Assembly: GCA_004431415.1 (NCBI GenBank)
Contig: QPMI01000569.1
Coordinates: forward strand, 248,001 to 312,000
Origin: Cyanophora paradoxa CCMP329
Taxonomy: Eukaryota > Plantae > Glaucophyta
DNA length: 64,000 nucleotides
Reading direction: 5' to 3'
This document shows, one piece after another, positions 34,039 through 44,623 of this stretch. Position numbers and translations under genes: made by a program. The notes under the pieces were generated by a model. It did not search any database, was not told the origin of the DNA, and saw only the letters and a list, made by a program, of their open reading frames with translations. Numbering within the stretch: the stretch's first letter is position 1; every line of letters begins with the position of its first letter.

Positions 34039-35112
34039 TTAAATAGCACTTACCAGATAGCACCCCAAGTAACAGCGTTGGCTAATAGTGATAGTAACAC
34101 CTGTTGAGTTTAATATTGAAACGGTGTCCCCCATGTTAAGAGTAAGTAATGTTTCGTATGTGATAGCCATTTGACCTGTTAATGAACATTGAAATTCGTA
34201 ATCGGATGCAATTCCATTTATTGAAAGCTTTAAGATAGTTACATAAGAAGTCTGAGTATCTACCCTGAGAGCTGTGAAGAAAAACCGGTAAACGCCTGCA
34301 ACAGGTGCAGTAAATAAATACCAATCATTCCAGTTGCCTTCATTGTTGACATAATAAGTGGCGAAATTAGGAGCTGTAAAGGTAATTTGAGAGCCAGATG
34401 ACCATGAGGATGTTGATACTGTCTGATTAGGTAATAGCTTTGTGACACAAAATCTTGGGCAATAAGTCCTTTTTAAATAGCAAGTAGGAGAAAGTGTAAA
34501 TGATTTTATCTCTATCTCTGCTACCGTCGTTTTTTCAAGAGTAACAATCGCATTCCCATTTCGTTTGTAGTAAACATTAGAATCTGTTCCATTACCAATT
34601 TCGGGTGTTTGAACTCTTGTAAATGCTTGAAGAGTCCCATAAATTATATTCCCTAACAGACCATTGTTGATATTCATCAATTGAGTAAAAACGCTTGTCC
34701 CATTCACAGTCAACTGATTCGCTGTGACAGTCCCCACCACAATTGCTCCGTCACCAATATAGGCTCCACCACTCTTAACCACAAGAGCCGAATTATTGCT
34801 TGTGTTATCAAAAGTTACGATCTTTGCCGTGGTGAATCCACCCACGTTATCATAAACTGCTGAATCAGGGACTACTTGACCTGCTTGAACCTGATTTTTG
34901 TTAGAGATAATAATACCCGTGGTTCTTATCTTACCATTATTACGATCACATCGAATTTCTTTGACTCTGAGTATATTGGTTTCTGTGAAAGACGTATTGC
35001 TTGTTGTTTCAGTGCAAATATTCCCGGGTGTTGAATCAAAGACTTCATGGGAGGTGCTATGTAGTGATTTCGCGGCAAGTTCATAGTTTGGGATTTCTAA
35101 AAGGGAAGTCAT
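34039..35112 (-). CDS. Fibre-family paralog 1 with C1q/TNF-like head
   Basis: Anchor domain followed by FTAPVAGVYRF...LNMGDTV. Ortholog of 62221..63273. Confidence 0.8.
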   Translation of the reverse strand: MTSLLEIPNYELAAKSLHSTSHEVFDSTPGNICTETTSNTSFTETNILRVKEIRCDRNNGKIRTTGIIISNKNQVQAGQVVPDSAVYDNVGGFTTAKIVTFDNTSNNSALVVKSGGAYIGDGAIVVGTVTANQLTVNGTSVFTQLMNINNGLLGNIIYGTLQAFTRVQTPEIGNGTDSNVYYKRNGNAIVTLEKTTVAEIEIKSFTLSPTCYLKRTYCPRFCVTKLLPNQTVSTSSWSSGSQITFTAPNFATYYVNNEGNWNDWYLFTAPVAGVYRFFFTALRVDTQTSYVTILKLSINGIASDYEFQCSLTGQMAITYETLLTLNMGDTVSILNSTGVTITISQRCYLGCYLVSAI

Positions 35113-35131
35113 CTTTATAATAACGAAATAG

Positions 35132-38100
35132 TTAAATTGCGACAGCAATGTAATGGATTGTTACAGTTTTGGCTGTATTGTCCATTGCATATGGATCTGT
35201 GAAAAGTTCACATGTGAAATAGTCACTGTAAACATTCAAAAGGTTCACAGTAAATATGACTGGTGTTGTAGCATTTGCTTGTCCTTCATGCCTTACTGTT
35301 GCTGTCACAACAGGAGGAGAAGGAAAGGCACTACTGAAATAGATGGTTAGATTGAACACATATAAGTTATTGTAATTCAAAACAGGAGTGGTGTAAATAT
35401 ACTTTCCTGCTTTTATTTTCCCATTAAAGTATGAATTGAGTTGAATGGAAAGATCCGCTTCCGTAATACACCTACTTATAGTGGTGCTATCTGTGGGGTT
35501 CATAGCATAGAAATTCCTTCCATAAGCATTTCCACGAACGAGTAGGGTTTGATCAAAATAATTCGCTGAGTTGTGGAAAAACCATGTTTCATCAAACATA
35601 GGTCCGGCTGGTTCTACAATCTGACCCGATCCTACATACATTGTGTTGTTGGCTCTTATAGTGGTAGCTGTGAATGGATCAAGAGTAGGTTTATTAGTGA
35701 GATCATTGTAGTTGCCTGAAAATAAAGCGGGTTTGTTATAAATATCTGTATTCCAATCGTGAGTGTGTGCAAAATCTGTAATCTCTGCCTTAGTATGAGT
35801 GTGTGCAAAATCTGTGATCTCACTTTTAACATGAGTGTGTGCGAAATCTGTGATTTCAGATTTTAAATGGTTGTGTGCAAAATTTGTAATATCTGCTCTG
35901 GTGTGGAAGTGTGCAAAGTCTGTTATCTGGGATTTCGTATGAGTGTGTGCGAAATCTGTGATTTCTGCCTTTGTGTGGGTGTGCGCTCTATTATTTAAAT
36001 GGAGGAAATTTCCCGAATAGGCAACAGGGTGAAGGTTCTCAGCAGTAGGCTTGTTTAAAAGATCATTATAATCTCCTGTGAAAGAGATTATTTTCAGTTC
36101 ACCCCGTCCAACATAATCGGAAGGGAGATCGATTTTTATGGGCATAATAGCTGGATCAATAGGAATCTCGTACTCAGCTCCTGGGTGAACCACAGGGAAG
36201 GTTTGATCACTTTCAGTGTGAACAAAAAAGTTGTCAGCAGTCACTGTTCCATCAATAGTTCCTCCTGTCAAGGGCAGGTAATTCCCAGTCACAGCTAGAC
36301 CTGCAATAACTAAAGCGAGCTCTGTTTCATCTACATAGTTTTGAGCTTGAAGGAAATCCTCTGTGACCACTCTGGATATAGTCTCGTTGTGAATGTTCTT
36401 TGCTGCTGCCCTCTGATTTATTTCTAAAACACCCTCGCCAACTCCACCATTATAATTCGTCTTTATCCATGCTATTTCACATTTCTTATAATCGTCTCGG
36501 TTTCCTATCAGAGCATTGGGTAAAAGGCGTTCACGGCTAAATACCAATTTCGGTCTCGATGAATCTAAATCGCTAACATCTATTACATTAATTTGGATTG
36601 CAGAATGAAAATCAGCATGGGAGAGAGGATCCAACGGCAGTGAAGGCAAAGGAGGTAGGACAGATGTCATTTCGATGTCAGAGGCGTAGTAGTTTGTGAC
36701 ATAAATACTTGGGAACGTGTCCTGCAAGCCAATATTTCCACCTGCAGCAACTATCTCCATTCCGCGGGGAATCCGTACAAACAAAGAGCCTGACATGTCA
36801 GTGTTGGCACGAATTCCCTGCCTGTGGACATAGTGTTCATTCAAATATAACCTTTCAGGGGTGTTGATTGATTTGTATAGAGAGACAGCAAGTGTGACAG
36901 GAAGCTCTGACTTTGCGAACTCGGGTTGCTCATCGATCTCACTCCAAACATGTCTGTGATCCTCAGGTGGAAATTCAAGCGGTACATTATCAAGGTCACC
37001 CCAGTCGTGTCTATGATCCTCTGGTGGAAATTTAAGCGGTTTATTATCGATCTCACCCCAATCGTGTCTATGATCTTCTGGTGGAAATTGCAACGGTTTA
37101 TTATCGATTTCATCCCAGTTATGTCTGTGATCTTCCGGTGGAAAATGCTCAGGTTTGTTGTTAATAGATTCCCAGTCCACTGTGAACTCCAAGGGGAAGA
37201 AAATAGGATCAAAGCCATCTGGAAGCAGCTGCTCATGCGGAATCACAGGCTGCTCATACTCGAGTTCTTGAACGTCTAATCCGTCGGGAATTAATTGCTC
37301 CTCCGACTCTGTGTACATTTCTAGCGGGAAAACTTCGATATCAGGTGACAAGTACTCTTCGTGCGGATGCTTATAGGGTTCTATCACTGGGCGATTCCTG
37401 ACAGCCTCCCAGGATATAATATTTTGACCAAATGGGATTGTCTCATCAGCAACCCTCTCACGCCCAGGTCCTTCAGGGTTTGGCTTTGGGAGGCCTGGAA
37501 GAGGTGGTATAGGTGGTATAGGGACAATAGGTCCAAAGTAGTAGTTGAAAATATTTATTATCTCCGGCTCAGTGATTACTTTTTTGCCATCTTGGTAAAT
37601 ACTTGTGCCATGAATATTTCGCCACTGCCTGGTGCGGAGCCCAAGATCGTAACTGTCATGCAACGCCGGGAGCAGGTGCCTGTCAGCCTCAATTAGAATA
37701 GATCCAAAGGTGCAGCCAGGAATATCACACCTGGTAGCGGGCTCGGTGTTTATCTGAGTAACATCAAAACCGTACAGAATATTTGATTCTCGTGCAGCTG
37801 TATAAAGCAAATCGTATGGAAAAGGCTGGATTTGCGATGCTAACACTGAAATTCCTGCATCTTCGCCAAGGAGAATTCGCCCTGTAATGTGAGCCGCAGT
37901 CTTGTTTGTGACAGCATTGGATTCATCAATTAGACGTAGAGCTGATATGTGAATCCCTCGATCGTTTTGAAGCCTAAATATTAATCTACCAGAATCATAC
38001 TTGGAAACTGTGCCTGAGGAGGCAATGCGCAGGTGCCGCGGCAACGCCCTGGATCCAATTATTTCGGCCACAAAGTTCTCAGCTGGACCGAGACAAAATC

Positions 38101-38299
38101 TCTGTGCAATGTCCGGGGCACCAACATGTGAGTTACGCAGAATTAATGCAGCTGGGCGATTGAACTCGGTTCTGTGGATATCTTTATCTGCATTGTAGTC
38201 AATTAGAGTGCTTCCAAATACGCGAATGTTTATAAGTCGATCGTCAACAAACTCTGGAGCTTTACGAAGTGGGACTGGCTTCTTCAAGATGTAGGACAT
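35132..38299 (-). CDS. Long fibre-like protein with phage tail repeats
   Basis: FPPEDHRHDW.EI..KP x4, HTHTK.EITDFA x6, FSGNYNDLTNKP, and a beta-sandwich tip. Confidence 0.8.
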   Translation of the reverse strand: MSYILKKPVPLRKAPEFVDDRLINIRVFGSTLIDYNADKDIHRTEFNRPAALILRNSHVGAPDIAQRFCLGPAENFVAEIIGSRALPRHLRIASSGTVSKYDSGRLIFRLQNDRGIHISALRLIDESNAVTNKTAAHITGRILLGEDAGISVLASQIQPFPYDLLYTAARESNILYGFDVTQINTEPATRCDIPGCTFGSILIEADRHLLPALHDSYDLGLRTRQWRNIHGTSIYQDGKKVITEPEIINIFNYYFGPIVPIPPIPPLPGLPKPNPEGPGRERVADETIPFGQNIISWEAVRNRPVIEPYKHPHEEYLSPDIEVFPLEMYTESEEQLIPDGLDVQELEYEQPVIPHEQLLPDGFDPIFFPLEFTVDWESINNKPEHFPPEDHRHNWDEIDNKPLQFPPEDHRHDWGEIDNKPLKFPPEDHRHDWGDLDNVPLEFPPEDHRHVWSEIDEQPEFAKSELPVTLAVSLYKSINTPERLYLNEHYVHRQGIRANTDMSGSLFVRIPRGMEIVAAGGNIGLQDTFPSIYVTNYYASDIEMTSVLPPLPSLPLDPLSHADFHSAIQINVIDVSDLDSSRPKLVFSRERLLPNALIGNRDDYKKCEIAWIKTNYNGGVGEGVLEINQRAAAKNIHNETISRVVTEDFLQAQNYVDETELALVIAGLAVTGNYLPLTGGTIDGTVTADNFFVHTESDQTFPVVHPGAEYEIPIDPAIMPIKIDLPSDYVGRGELKIISFTGDYNDLLNKPTAENLHPVAYSGNFLHLNNRAHTHTKAEITDFAHTHTKSQITDFAHFHTRADITNFAHNHLKSEITDFAHTHVKSEITDFAHTHTKAEITDFAHTHDWNTDIYNKPALFSGNYNDLTNKPTLDPFTATTIRANNTMYVGSGQIVEPAGPMFDETWFFHNSANYFDQTLLVRGNAYGRNFYAMNPTDSTTISRCITEADLSIQLNSYFNGKIKAGKYIYTTPVLNYNNLYVFNLTIYFSSAFPSPPVVTATVRHEGQANATTPVIFTVNLLNVYSDYFTCELFTDPYAMDNTAKTVTIHYIAVAI

Positions 38300-38323
38300 T
38301 TTTATAGAGGCCTCCTTTTAAAA

Positions 38324-39808
38324 ATGAAGGTCATTCTCTCGTTATCAGGCGGAGGTGCTCGCGGGATAGTCATAGCCCGAATTTTGCAGCGGATCGAGGC
38401 AATTACTGGGAAAGCAATTCCACAGCTGTTCGATTTCTTTGCAGGCACCTCGACGGGGGCAATTATAGCGGCTGGTTTGGCGACCCCATCCACCCCAGGC
38501 TCTGTTCTCGCCTATCGGTATTCAGCAGGTGATATCTTCAGTTTATATCAGACGAACCTACCAGCAATATTTGCGAATCCGAGATCACTGACGAGCTTGC
38601 TCTCAGGAAGCCGCTACGATGCAAACCCTCTGGAGTCAGTGCTTACAGACGTTGCCCTGGACTATACAATTGCAGAATCGACAAAAGACATATTAATTAC
38701 AGCCTTTGATACAGTTCGGATGCAGCCCATAGTTTTTACCAAGGATGGGCCGTACTCAAGCACACTGATTCGTGATGCAGTTAGAGCATCTTCTGCAGCG
38801 CCTACATTCTTTCCACCGAAGGTGCTAGGAGACAAAAATCTGGTTGACGGGGCCATTGCCTGTTTGAATAATCCCTCAGTTGCTGCGCTCAGCCACGCCA
38901 GCAAAATTTATGATGCAGAGGATCCAATTGTTCTTGTGAGCATAAGTTGTGGTGAGGTCCAAGCCAGCGAACAGTTGACTGCAGGCTTTTCAAATGCTGA
39001 GACGTCAGGCTGGGGTGCCCTAGGCTGGATACTATCCCTCTCAGGCAGCCCAATCATATCTATGCTAATGGCTGGGAGTGAGCTGGAATCGCACTTTCAA
39101 ATGCAGGAGCTGCTTCCAGTTGATGCAGATAGGAATCTAACTAGATACTGGCGTTTAAGTGTTCCGCTGCCAGCGTCGGTGATGAGCAAGCTTGATGATG
39201 CCTCGCCTTCGAATATTTCTTATTTGATTTCCACGACTGATTTATGGCTGAAACAAACCGAAATCAGTAACAAAATAAATGCACTCTGCAGCTTTCTATT
39301 GGCAAACTACGACCTACTGAACGACGAGAGACTTGTCATATCGTCTACTTTAACAGCTGAGCCGCCATTTGATGTCAACTGGTTTATAATTCCAGATGCA
39401 AATATCACAAGCAACGACTTTGAGGAATTGCACCCACCCTCTCACGTGCGACCTAACTCAACAGGGTTCCAAGGGGGCACTTTACCTAATCCCTGGATTA
39501 AAGTCGAGTTTCCCAAGCCTTTTGAGCTGCATCAAATCATTATGTATGGGCCAGCCTTTGCTGCCGGAGTCCTGTTTAATTTCAGCATTCTGACCAACTT
39601 AGGGTATTTACGAGACGGGTCTTTATTTGAAAATACGGTCCTAGCAAACGTGCTTGCTGCGAACCCATCTATGACAGGCTTCGATCTAATGCAAAGTGAC
39701 TCGCATCTGATCACCCCACAGGTGTATAACTATGTGCAAATTATAACAAACGAATTTATAAATGTGAATGCGTTCCGGCTTGATTTCCGGGGACGTTACC
39801 TAAACTAA
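38324..39808 (+). CDS. Patatin-like phospholipase with discoidin-like C-terminal domain, PLV-D
   Basis: GGGARG, GTSTG, SSAAPTFF, VDG..NNP. Confidence 0.92.
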   Translation: MKVILSLSGGGARGIVIARILQRIEAITGKAIPQLFDFFAGTSTGAIIAAGLATPSTPGSVLAYRYSAGDIFSLYQTNLPAIFANPRSLTSLLSGSRYDANPLESVLTDVALDYTIAESTKDILITAFDTVRMQPIVFTKDGPYSSTLIRDAVRASSAAPTFFPPKVLGDKNLVDGAIACLNNPSVAALSHASKIYDAEDPIVLVSISCGEVQASEQLTAGFSNAETSGWGALGWILSLSGSPIISMLMAGSELESHFQMQELLPVDADRNLTRYWRLSVPLPASVMSKLDDASPSNISYLISTTDLWLKQTEISNKINALCSFLLANYDLLNDERLVISSTLTAEPPFDVNWFIIPDANITSNDFEELHPPSHVRPNSTGFQGGTLPNPWIKVEFPKPFELHQIIMYGPAFAAGVLFNFSILTNLGYLRDGSLFENTVLANVLAANPSMTGFDLMQSDSHLITPQVYNYVQIITNEFINVNAFRLDFRGRYLN

Positions 39809-40690
39809 AAATTGCAGTTCGCCAGACCAAGGCAGGCCATTCAGTGATACATCATCGCCGTCTCTGTCGACAATGCGCAGTCGCAGCGAGGTCAGCACTA
39901 GGCGCTCTGCGATGGGGATCCACTCGCCCTCATTTTCCTGATTTATATAAATAAACTTTCCGACATCCTGGCTCATCTGGATTCGAGCAAGCCCGTAGTT
40001 ACACATCGATTTAGCCCCACGGCGAAGTTTTGAAGCAAACGGCCGTAGCTCTTCGCAGACAAGGAAGAGGTACTGGTCGCTGTTCATGTCGATTATCTTT
40101 GGAAATTCGACCGCGTAACCAAGTGCTATACTCTGCATTTTTGCAGTAAAATCGACGCCGTATTCAGGGTGTGCAGGTGTGACTGGAATGCCAGCGACCT
40201 CGAGGTACCGCTCAGCTGCAGTTGCTGGTCTTTGCGACCCTTCAAGTACAATAGGAGACAGCTGGAGGGGCTCATTTCGGTTCAGCCCGAGCAGATTCGA
40301 TAAAGCTTTGAACTGGCAGGACAGTGTGCAGGAACGGTTGCAATACGCAGACATTTTCAACGTCTCTGGGTCTCGAAACAATTTGAAATACGCAATTACG
40401 ATCCCTTCTACTTCCAATTTAAACGATAGGCCAAAGTTGTAAAGATCTGTCTCTCCATAATTTGCAGTTGTAATTATGCCTGGCTCAAAAACCGCCAGAT
40501 TGTCTGTTCCAATGTAGGGAAAGGTGATCGAAAGATACTCATCTTTAATGCTGGTGTAAAGGCTGTTTGCGAACTCACACTGGGTAAGGCGCACAGCAAC
40601 TGGATTGATTATCGGTTCATTGATTTCGAGCACAAAGTTTGCCTCTGAATCGATTGGCCTTCTGTCTCTGCTGTCGAAGGTAAGCCGCAT
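39800..40690 (-). CDS. Minor capsid (penton) protein 1, PLV-D
   Basis: FDSRDR; homolog of 2566..3498. Confidence 0.8.
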   Translation of the reverse strand: MRLTFDSRDRRPIDSEANFVLEINEPIINPVAVRLTQCEFANSLYTSIKDEYLSITFPYIGTDNLAVFEPGIITTANYGETDLYNFGLSFKLEVEGIVIAYFKLFRDPETLKMSAYCNRSCTLSCQFKALSNLLGLNRNEPLQLSPIVLEGSQRPATAAERYLEVAGIPVTPAHPEYGVDFTAKMQSIALGYAVEFPKIIDMNSDQYLFLVCEELRPFASKLRRGAKSMCNYGLARIQMSQDVGKFIYINQENEGEWIPIAERLVLTSLRLRIVDRDGDDVSLNGLPWSGELQFLV

Positions 40691-40717
40691 TTTTATTCTC
40701 TAACTGATATAAAAAAG

Positions 40718-41674
40718 ATGCCTACGGACTACGTCTGCATTGCAAGTCACCAAGCGGAGGAGCTGACATCCACCTCGAAATTTAAAGTAAGACTGCCTAA
40801 AGTTTATCAGGATGTGAAAGCTGTGCGCTTGGTATCAGCTGAGATCCCGAACACAATGAGCACAATTGATGTACTCGATCCAGCAGAGGATTTGGTGTTT
40901 AACACCTATATATATTGGTGCAAATATGATCCCACTAATGAAGGACCCGACCCACCTCAGGCCGGCTTTGGAGCGTGGAATAACATTGCAATTCCACCTG
41001 GAAATTACGACGTCACTTCGCTTGTGACAGAGATAAACGAAAGGTTGACAGGAACAGGTATCACATGCACGTATAATTCAGCGATCAAATTAATAAGGTT
41101 CACAGCTAACTTCGAGTTCTTTATTGCTCTGATGTTGCCAACGAACCAGGGTGGGCGGGAAGTCAGAAACTACCAGGCCGTTGCAAGGGCTCAGCGAACT
41201 GCAAAGCTTCTAGGGCTGAGATCAATTCTACCGATTCGGTCAAAGACATTATCTATAAATACTGAATATATAGCAGGCGCTTATGAGCCTGATGTCACTC
41301 CTGATGATCATGTGCTCCTACGAATTCCTGAAATTGGTGACCTTGTCAGTATGCCGAACACGTCAATACCTGGCTTCTTCTCGAAGCTGAGCATTCCAAG
41401 CGTCCTTCGTCCAGGCGAGATAGCATACTATGATTCAACTGAAGCACATCCTTTGTACAAGTATATTTATTCAAAGCTGGACCTCTACTCTGTGACTATT
41501 GAGATTTACGATTTTATGCAGCGAATTGCTGATTTAAATGGAGGTCCTGTCTCATTTATACTCGAAATTCGTTATGGCCCAGATGAACCCAATGGCGATG
41601 TTGTCTACGAGCTCGCCAAGCTTCAGCTCCAGAAAAGGTCAAAGACATATCCTTGGATCAATTCGTCAAACTGA
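40718..41674 (+). CDS. Minor capsid (penton-like) protein 2, PLV-D
   Basis: AVRLVSAEIPN and STEAHP.YKY, shared with 3527..4537. Confidence 0.75.
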   Translation: MPTDYVCIASHQAEELTSTSKFKVRLPKVYQDVKAVRLVSAEIPNTMSTIDVLDPAEDLVFNTYIYWCKYDPTNEGPDPPQAGFGAWNNIAIPPGNYDVTSLVTEINERLTGTGITCTYNSAIKLIRFTANFEFFIALMLPTNQGGREVRNYQAVARAQRTAKLLGLRSILPIRSKTLSINTEYIAGAYEPDVTPDDHVLLRIPEIGDLVSMPNTSIPGFFSKLSIPSVLRPGEIAYYDSTEAHPLYKYIYSKLDLYSVTIEIYDFMQRIADLNGGPVSFILEIRYGPDEPNGDVVYELAKLQLQKRSKTYPWINSSN

Positions 41675-41774
41675 GTCGCCAGAGTCGCAGACAAGCAGCG
41701 ACCGCTGCGCCAAGCTGGCTCGCCGGCGGCTAAGCGCTGAATTATTTTCTTCCGTTTGAATTATAAACACTTCA

Positions 41775-43163
41775 ATGGATGTTACCCAGAACTTGCAACG
41801 TCTTGGTCTAAAGGAGCTGCTCACAACTCCGCAGGAAGCTAAGGATTTCTTTATGAATAACGAGCTTATGTTAGGTCTAACCAGCCAAACAAAGCCTGTG
41901 CGTGTCGTTGTCAACCCTAGCAATGACTATGGAGACTGCTTCGGAAAGAGGGTTACTTATTTCCTACCCCGTTACAATTTCCTTCAGGGGCTTGAACTCC
42001 AGTTTACCCTGCCCGAGCTGACCGCTTTTACTGGTGACACTGACCTGGTTCGCACTGGTTATCTGCGGTCTGTTGGTGCTCTTGTAAAGCGAATTGAAAT
42101 CAAATATGCTTCCTACAGCTACATCGTCCCTGAGGACTGGCTTGTTCACAGCGCTCTGATTTTCAATGATGATGCACAGCTCAAAAAGAAATACCGGTCA
42201 GGTGGCTGGCTACATGGAACCCCACCTCAGGGGAGCAATCGCGCTGGAGGTATTTTCAGCGTAAAGATCCCCTGCCCCTGGGAGGGCTCAGTGCTTCCAA
42301 TTGGTGCGCTCTCCGGCGAGGTGTCTGTGGAGGTTTGGTTCCGTGACCGCGCCCAGGGCTTCGTTGAGACCAGCTATGGTGGTAGGTTTGTAGCAGAATA
42401 TGCCGCAAACGGTGATGCCTCTAACGATGATGGCCTCGGAAGCGTAGGAGCTGCCGCTGCATTCCCTGCAAACATTGGCCAGAATATAACTCCCAATGTC
42501 CTCACTGTCACTCCTGAAAAACCCGAGCTTTCTAATCCAAAGATAATAGCTCACTGCATCAACGTTGATGAGGCCACTTTTGCCCAGGTGATTGAGAAAG
42601 TCAAATCTTCAGGGATTGCCATTCCTGCAACTGAAGTTGGTTGGGTTGATGCTGACTCAATTACCTATGCTGGTGCTGGTGCGCCCACCCGGATTAATCT
42701 GTCTCAAATCAGTGGACTCTGCTATGGCCTTTTCGTTAGCATTCGCAAGCAAACAAATGTGAACCAAACTGATGGAAAACACAGTGTCCTCAAAACCGAG
42801 GCCAATGCTCGTGACATAACTATTTCCTGGGAATTGAATGGCCAGCGACTTTATTCTAACGAGCCTGTTCCCCTGCTGCAAGGTGCTGAGCTTCTCGCTG
42901 ATGTCTTCAAATGCTCTAATCTGGATGCTCCTCTCAATCGGTATGTCTTGACTGGTCTGCCATTCTGTGTAGACGGCCAAAAGGCTATCCGCAATGCAGC
43001 TCAAACAGGTTTCGTGGATCTCACCAACAGCAGCAGCTGCTTCCTTAATATCATGAACCCTGCGGCTTACGATGCAAACAACAAGATTTACGTTCAAGTC
43101 CGCGCTCTTCTGCACACTGTCCTAATTGTTGATGCCGCGGGCCTTCGCAAGGTCAACCTTTAA
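41775..43163 (+). CDS. Major capsid protein, PLV-D
   Basis: Colinear and highly similar to 4592..5965. Confidence 0.82.
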   Translation: MDVTQNLQRLGLKELLTTPQEAKDFFMNNELMLGLTSQTKPVRVVVNPSNDYGDCFGKRVTYFLPRYNFLQGLELQFTLPELTAFTGDTDLVRTGYLRSVGALVKRIEIKYASYSYIVPEDWLVHSALIFNDDAQLKKKYRSGGWLHGTPPQGSNRAGGIFSVKIPCPWEGSVLPIGALSGEVSVEVWFRDRAQGFVETSYGGRFVAEYAANGDASNDDGLGSVGAAAAFPANIGQNITPNVLTVTPEKPELSNPKIIAHCINVDEATFAQVIEKVKSSGIAIPATEVGWVDADSITYAGAGAPTRINLSQISGLCYGLFVSIRKQTNVNQTDGKHSVLKTEANARDITISWELNGQRLYSNEPVPLLQGAELLADVFKCSNLDAPLNRYVLTGLPFCVDGQKAIRNAAQTGFVDLTNSSSCFLNIMNPAAYDANNKIYVQVRALLHTVLIVDAAGLRKVNL

Positions 43164-43198
43164 ACGGCCTAGCTCTCAATTCTGCGACTTTATTTTTG

Positions 43199-43975
43199 AT
43201 GGATAGCGAAAACGCTGACGACCTATCTCAGTTTCAACCAGGCGATATCAAAGTTCCCTTCAAAGGGCTGTTTATTTCCAAAAGTAATAGCGGTAAATCG
43301 TACTACTGCACCAAACATCTTTTGAGATCACTGTATCCAAAAATTGATAGGGTTGTTGTTTTTACAGCCACGAAATTCAACGGCGAGTATTCTGCAATAA
43401 CAAAGGAGATCTATGATGACTTTATCCCAGCAATCGTTGCAGACATTATAGATTCACAGCGCAGTCTGATTGAAAAGTCGCAGACAAGCAGCGACGCTGC
43501 GCCTAAAAAGAGATCACCGCAGATATTGCTTGTGCTGGATGATCTTGTTGCCGCCTCCGAAACAGTTGATCTTCGAAATAGCAAGGTTGTTAATCGTCTT
43601 TTTACTCAGGGGCGGCATTTTAATATAAGTACGATTCTTATGACGCAAAAGCTAACAGCTTTGAGTCAATATATAAGATCGAACTCCGACTATTGTTTTT
43701 TCTTCAGTTACTCTAATCACACCGAACTTGAGGCAATATATAGAGAGTTTAGTCATCTCCCGAAAGATGAATTTATAGCCATGTTCGAAAAGTGGGCGCA
43801 TAATTATCAGTGCATTGTGCTGGATGGAACCAAGTATGATACTGCATGGTATGTTGATAAGGCTGTTGAAGATAAGAGTTTGCGTTTTACGAAATGGCTT
43901 AAGAATGAAGAAGAGTCTAAGAAAAAAGAGTCTTCGCCTGTCTCTAAAAAGAAACGTATTAAATTCTTATCTTAA
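43199..43975 (+). CDS. A32-like packaging ATPase, PLV-D
   Basis: SKSNSGKS, LVLDD, QGRH, IRSNSDY. Confidence 0.9.
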   Translation: MDSENADDLSQFQPGDIKVPFKGLFISKSNSGKSYYCTKHLLRSLYPKIDRVVVFTATKFNGEYSAITKEIYDDFIPAIVADIIDSQRSLIEKSQTSSDAAPKKRSPQILLVLDDLVAASETVDLRNSKVVNRLFTQGRHFNISTILMTQKLTALSQYIRSNSDYCFFFSYSNHTELEAIYREFSHLPKDEFIAMFEKWAHNYQCIVLDGTKYDTAWYVDKAVEDKSLRFTKWLKNEEESKKKESSPVSKKKRIKFLS

Positions 43976-43984
43976 TAAAATAAG

Positions 43985-44623
43985 ATGAGTAGAGGCATTC
44001 CTAAGAAGGGCTATCGGGAACGACGCAAGGTTAATATATCTGAGCCGAACGCTCCACTGATTGAAAGCGGCTCAACTGAGGGTGCAGCTGTTGCTAATCC
44101 TAGTGGTGAGTTAGCTAGTGACCCCAAACTAAACGCACCCGTTGCTAAAACGATCGCCTCGGCAGCAGCAAATGCCAGTGCGATTGACGACCGACAGAAC
44201 CAGGCTAAAAGTGTTGCCGAAATGCAGTCCGATATTGATGAGGATGCTGCTAGAATTATCCAAGCCATGGCGTCTGAACCACGTTATTCAGGGCCGAAAA
44301 TCAAGACAGCATCAGTATCGAAGTCACAATTTGATGAGCTAGCTGCCAAATTGCGTGATCTCGAGGCTAGATCGTCAAATATCGAATCGTATGTAAAAGA
44401 CAAGCAAGAACGCGCAAAAATTCGGGAGATGCTGCGAAGCGAGATGTTTAAGCACAGACCCATGGATGTACCAGATTTGCGCTATTTGAAAAACGAAAAA
44501 GAGAAGGCTTCACAATCGCTTGATGATGCATCTGTAAAACCTGCAACTCCAAATGTTTTCGAGCCAAACGCTATTGGTTCACAGATGAAGAATGCGATGG
44601 GGGGGAGACGAATTCGGTTGTAA
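43985..44623 (+). CDS. Conserved post-ATPase protein (intact homolog of the split PLV-A gene)
   Basis: IIQAMASE...FDELAAKLRDLEARSS..ERAKIREMLR. Confidence 0.75.
   Translation: MSRGIPKKGYRERRKVNISEPNAPLIESGSTEGAAVANPSGELASDPKLNAPVAKTIASAAANASAIDDRQNQAKSVAEMQSDIDEDAARIIQAMASEPRYSGPKIKTASVSKSQFDELAAKLRDLEARSSNIESYVKDKQERAKIREMLRSEMFKHRPMDVPDLRYLKNEKEKASQSLDDASVKPATPNVFEPNAIGSQMKNAMGGRRIRL

Noticed and set aside
30941-38299. Diversity-generating retroelement acting on the fibre heads
   Set aside because: No reverse transcriptase and no template/variable repeat pair differing at adenines was seen.
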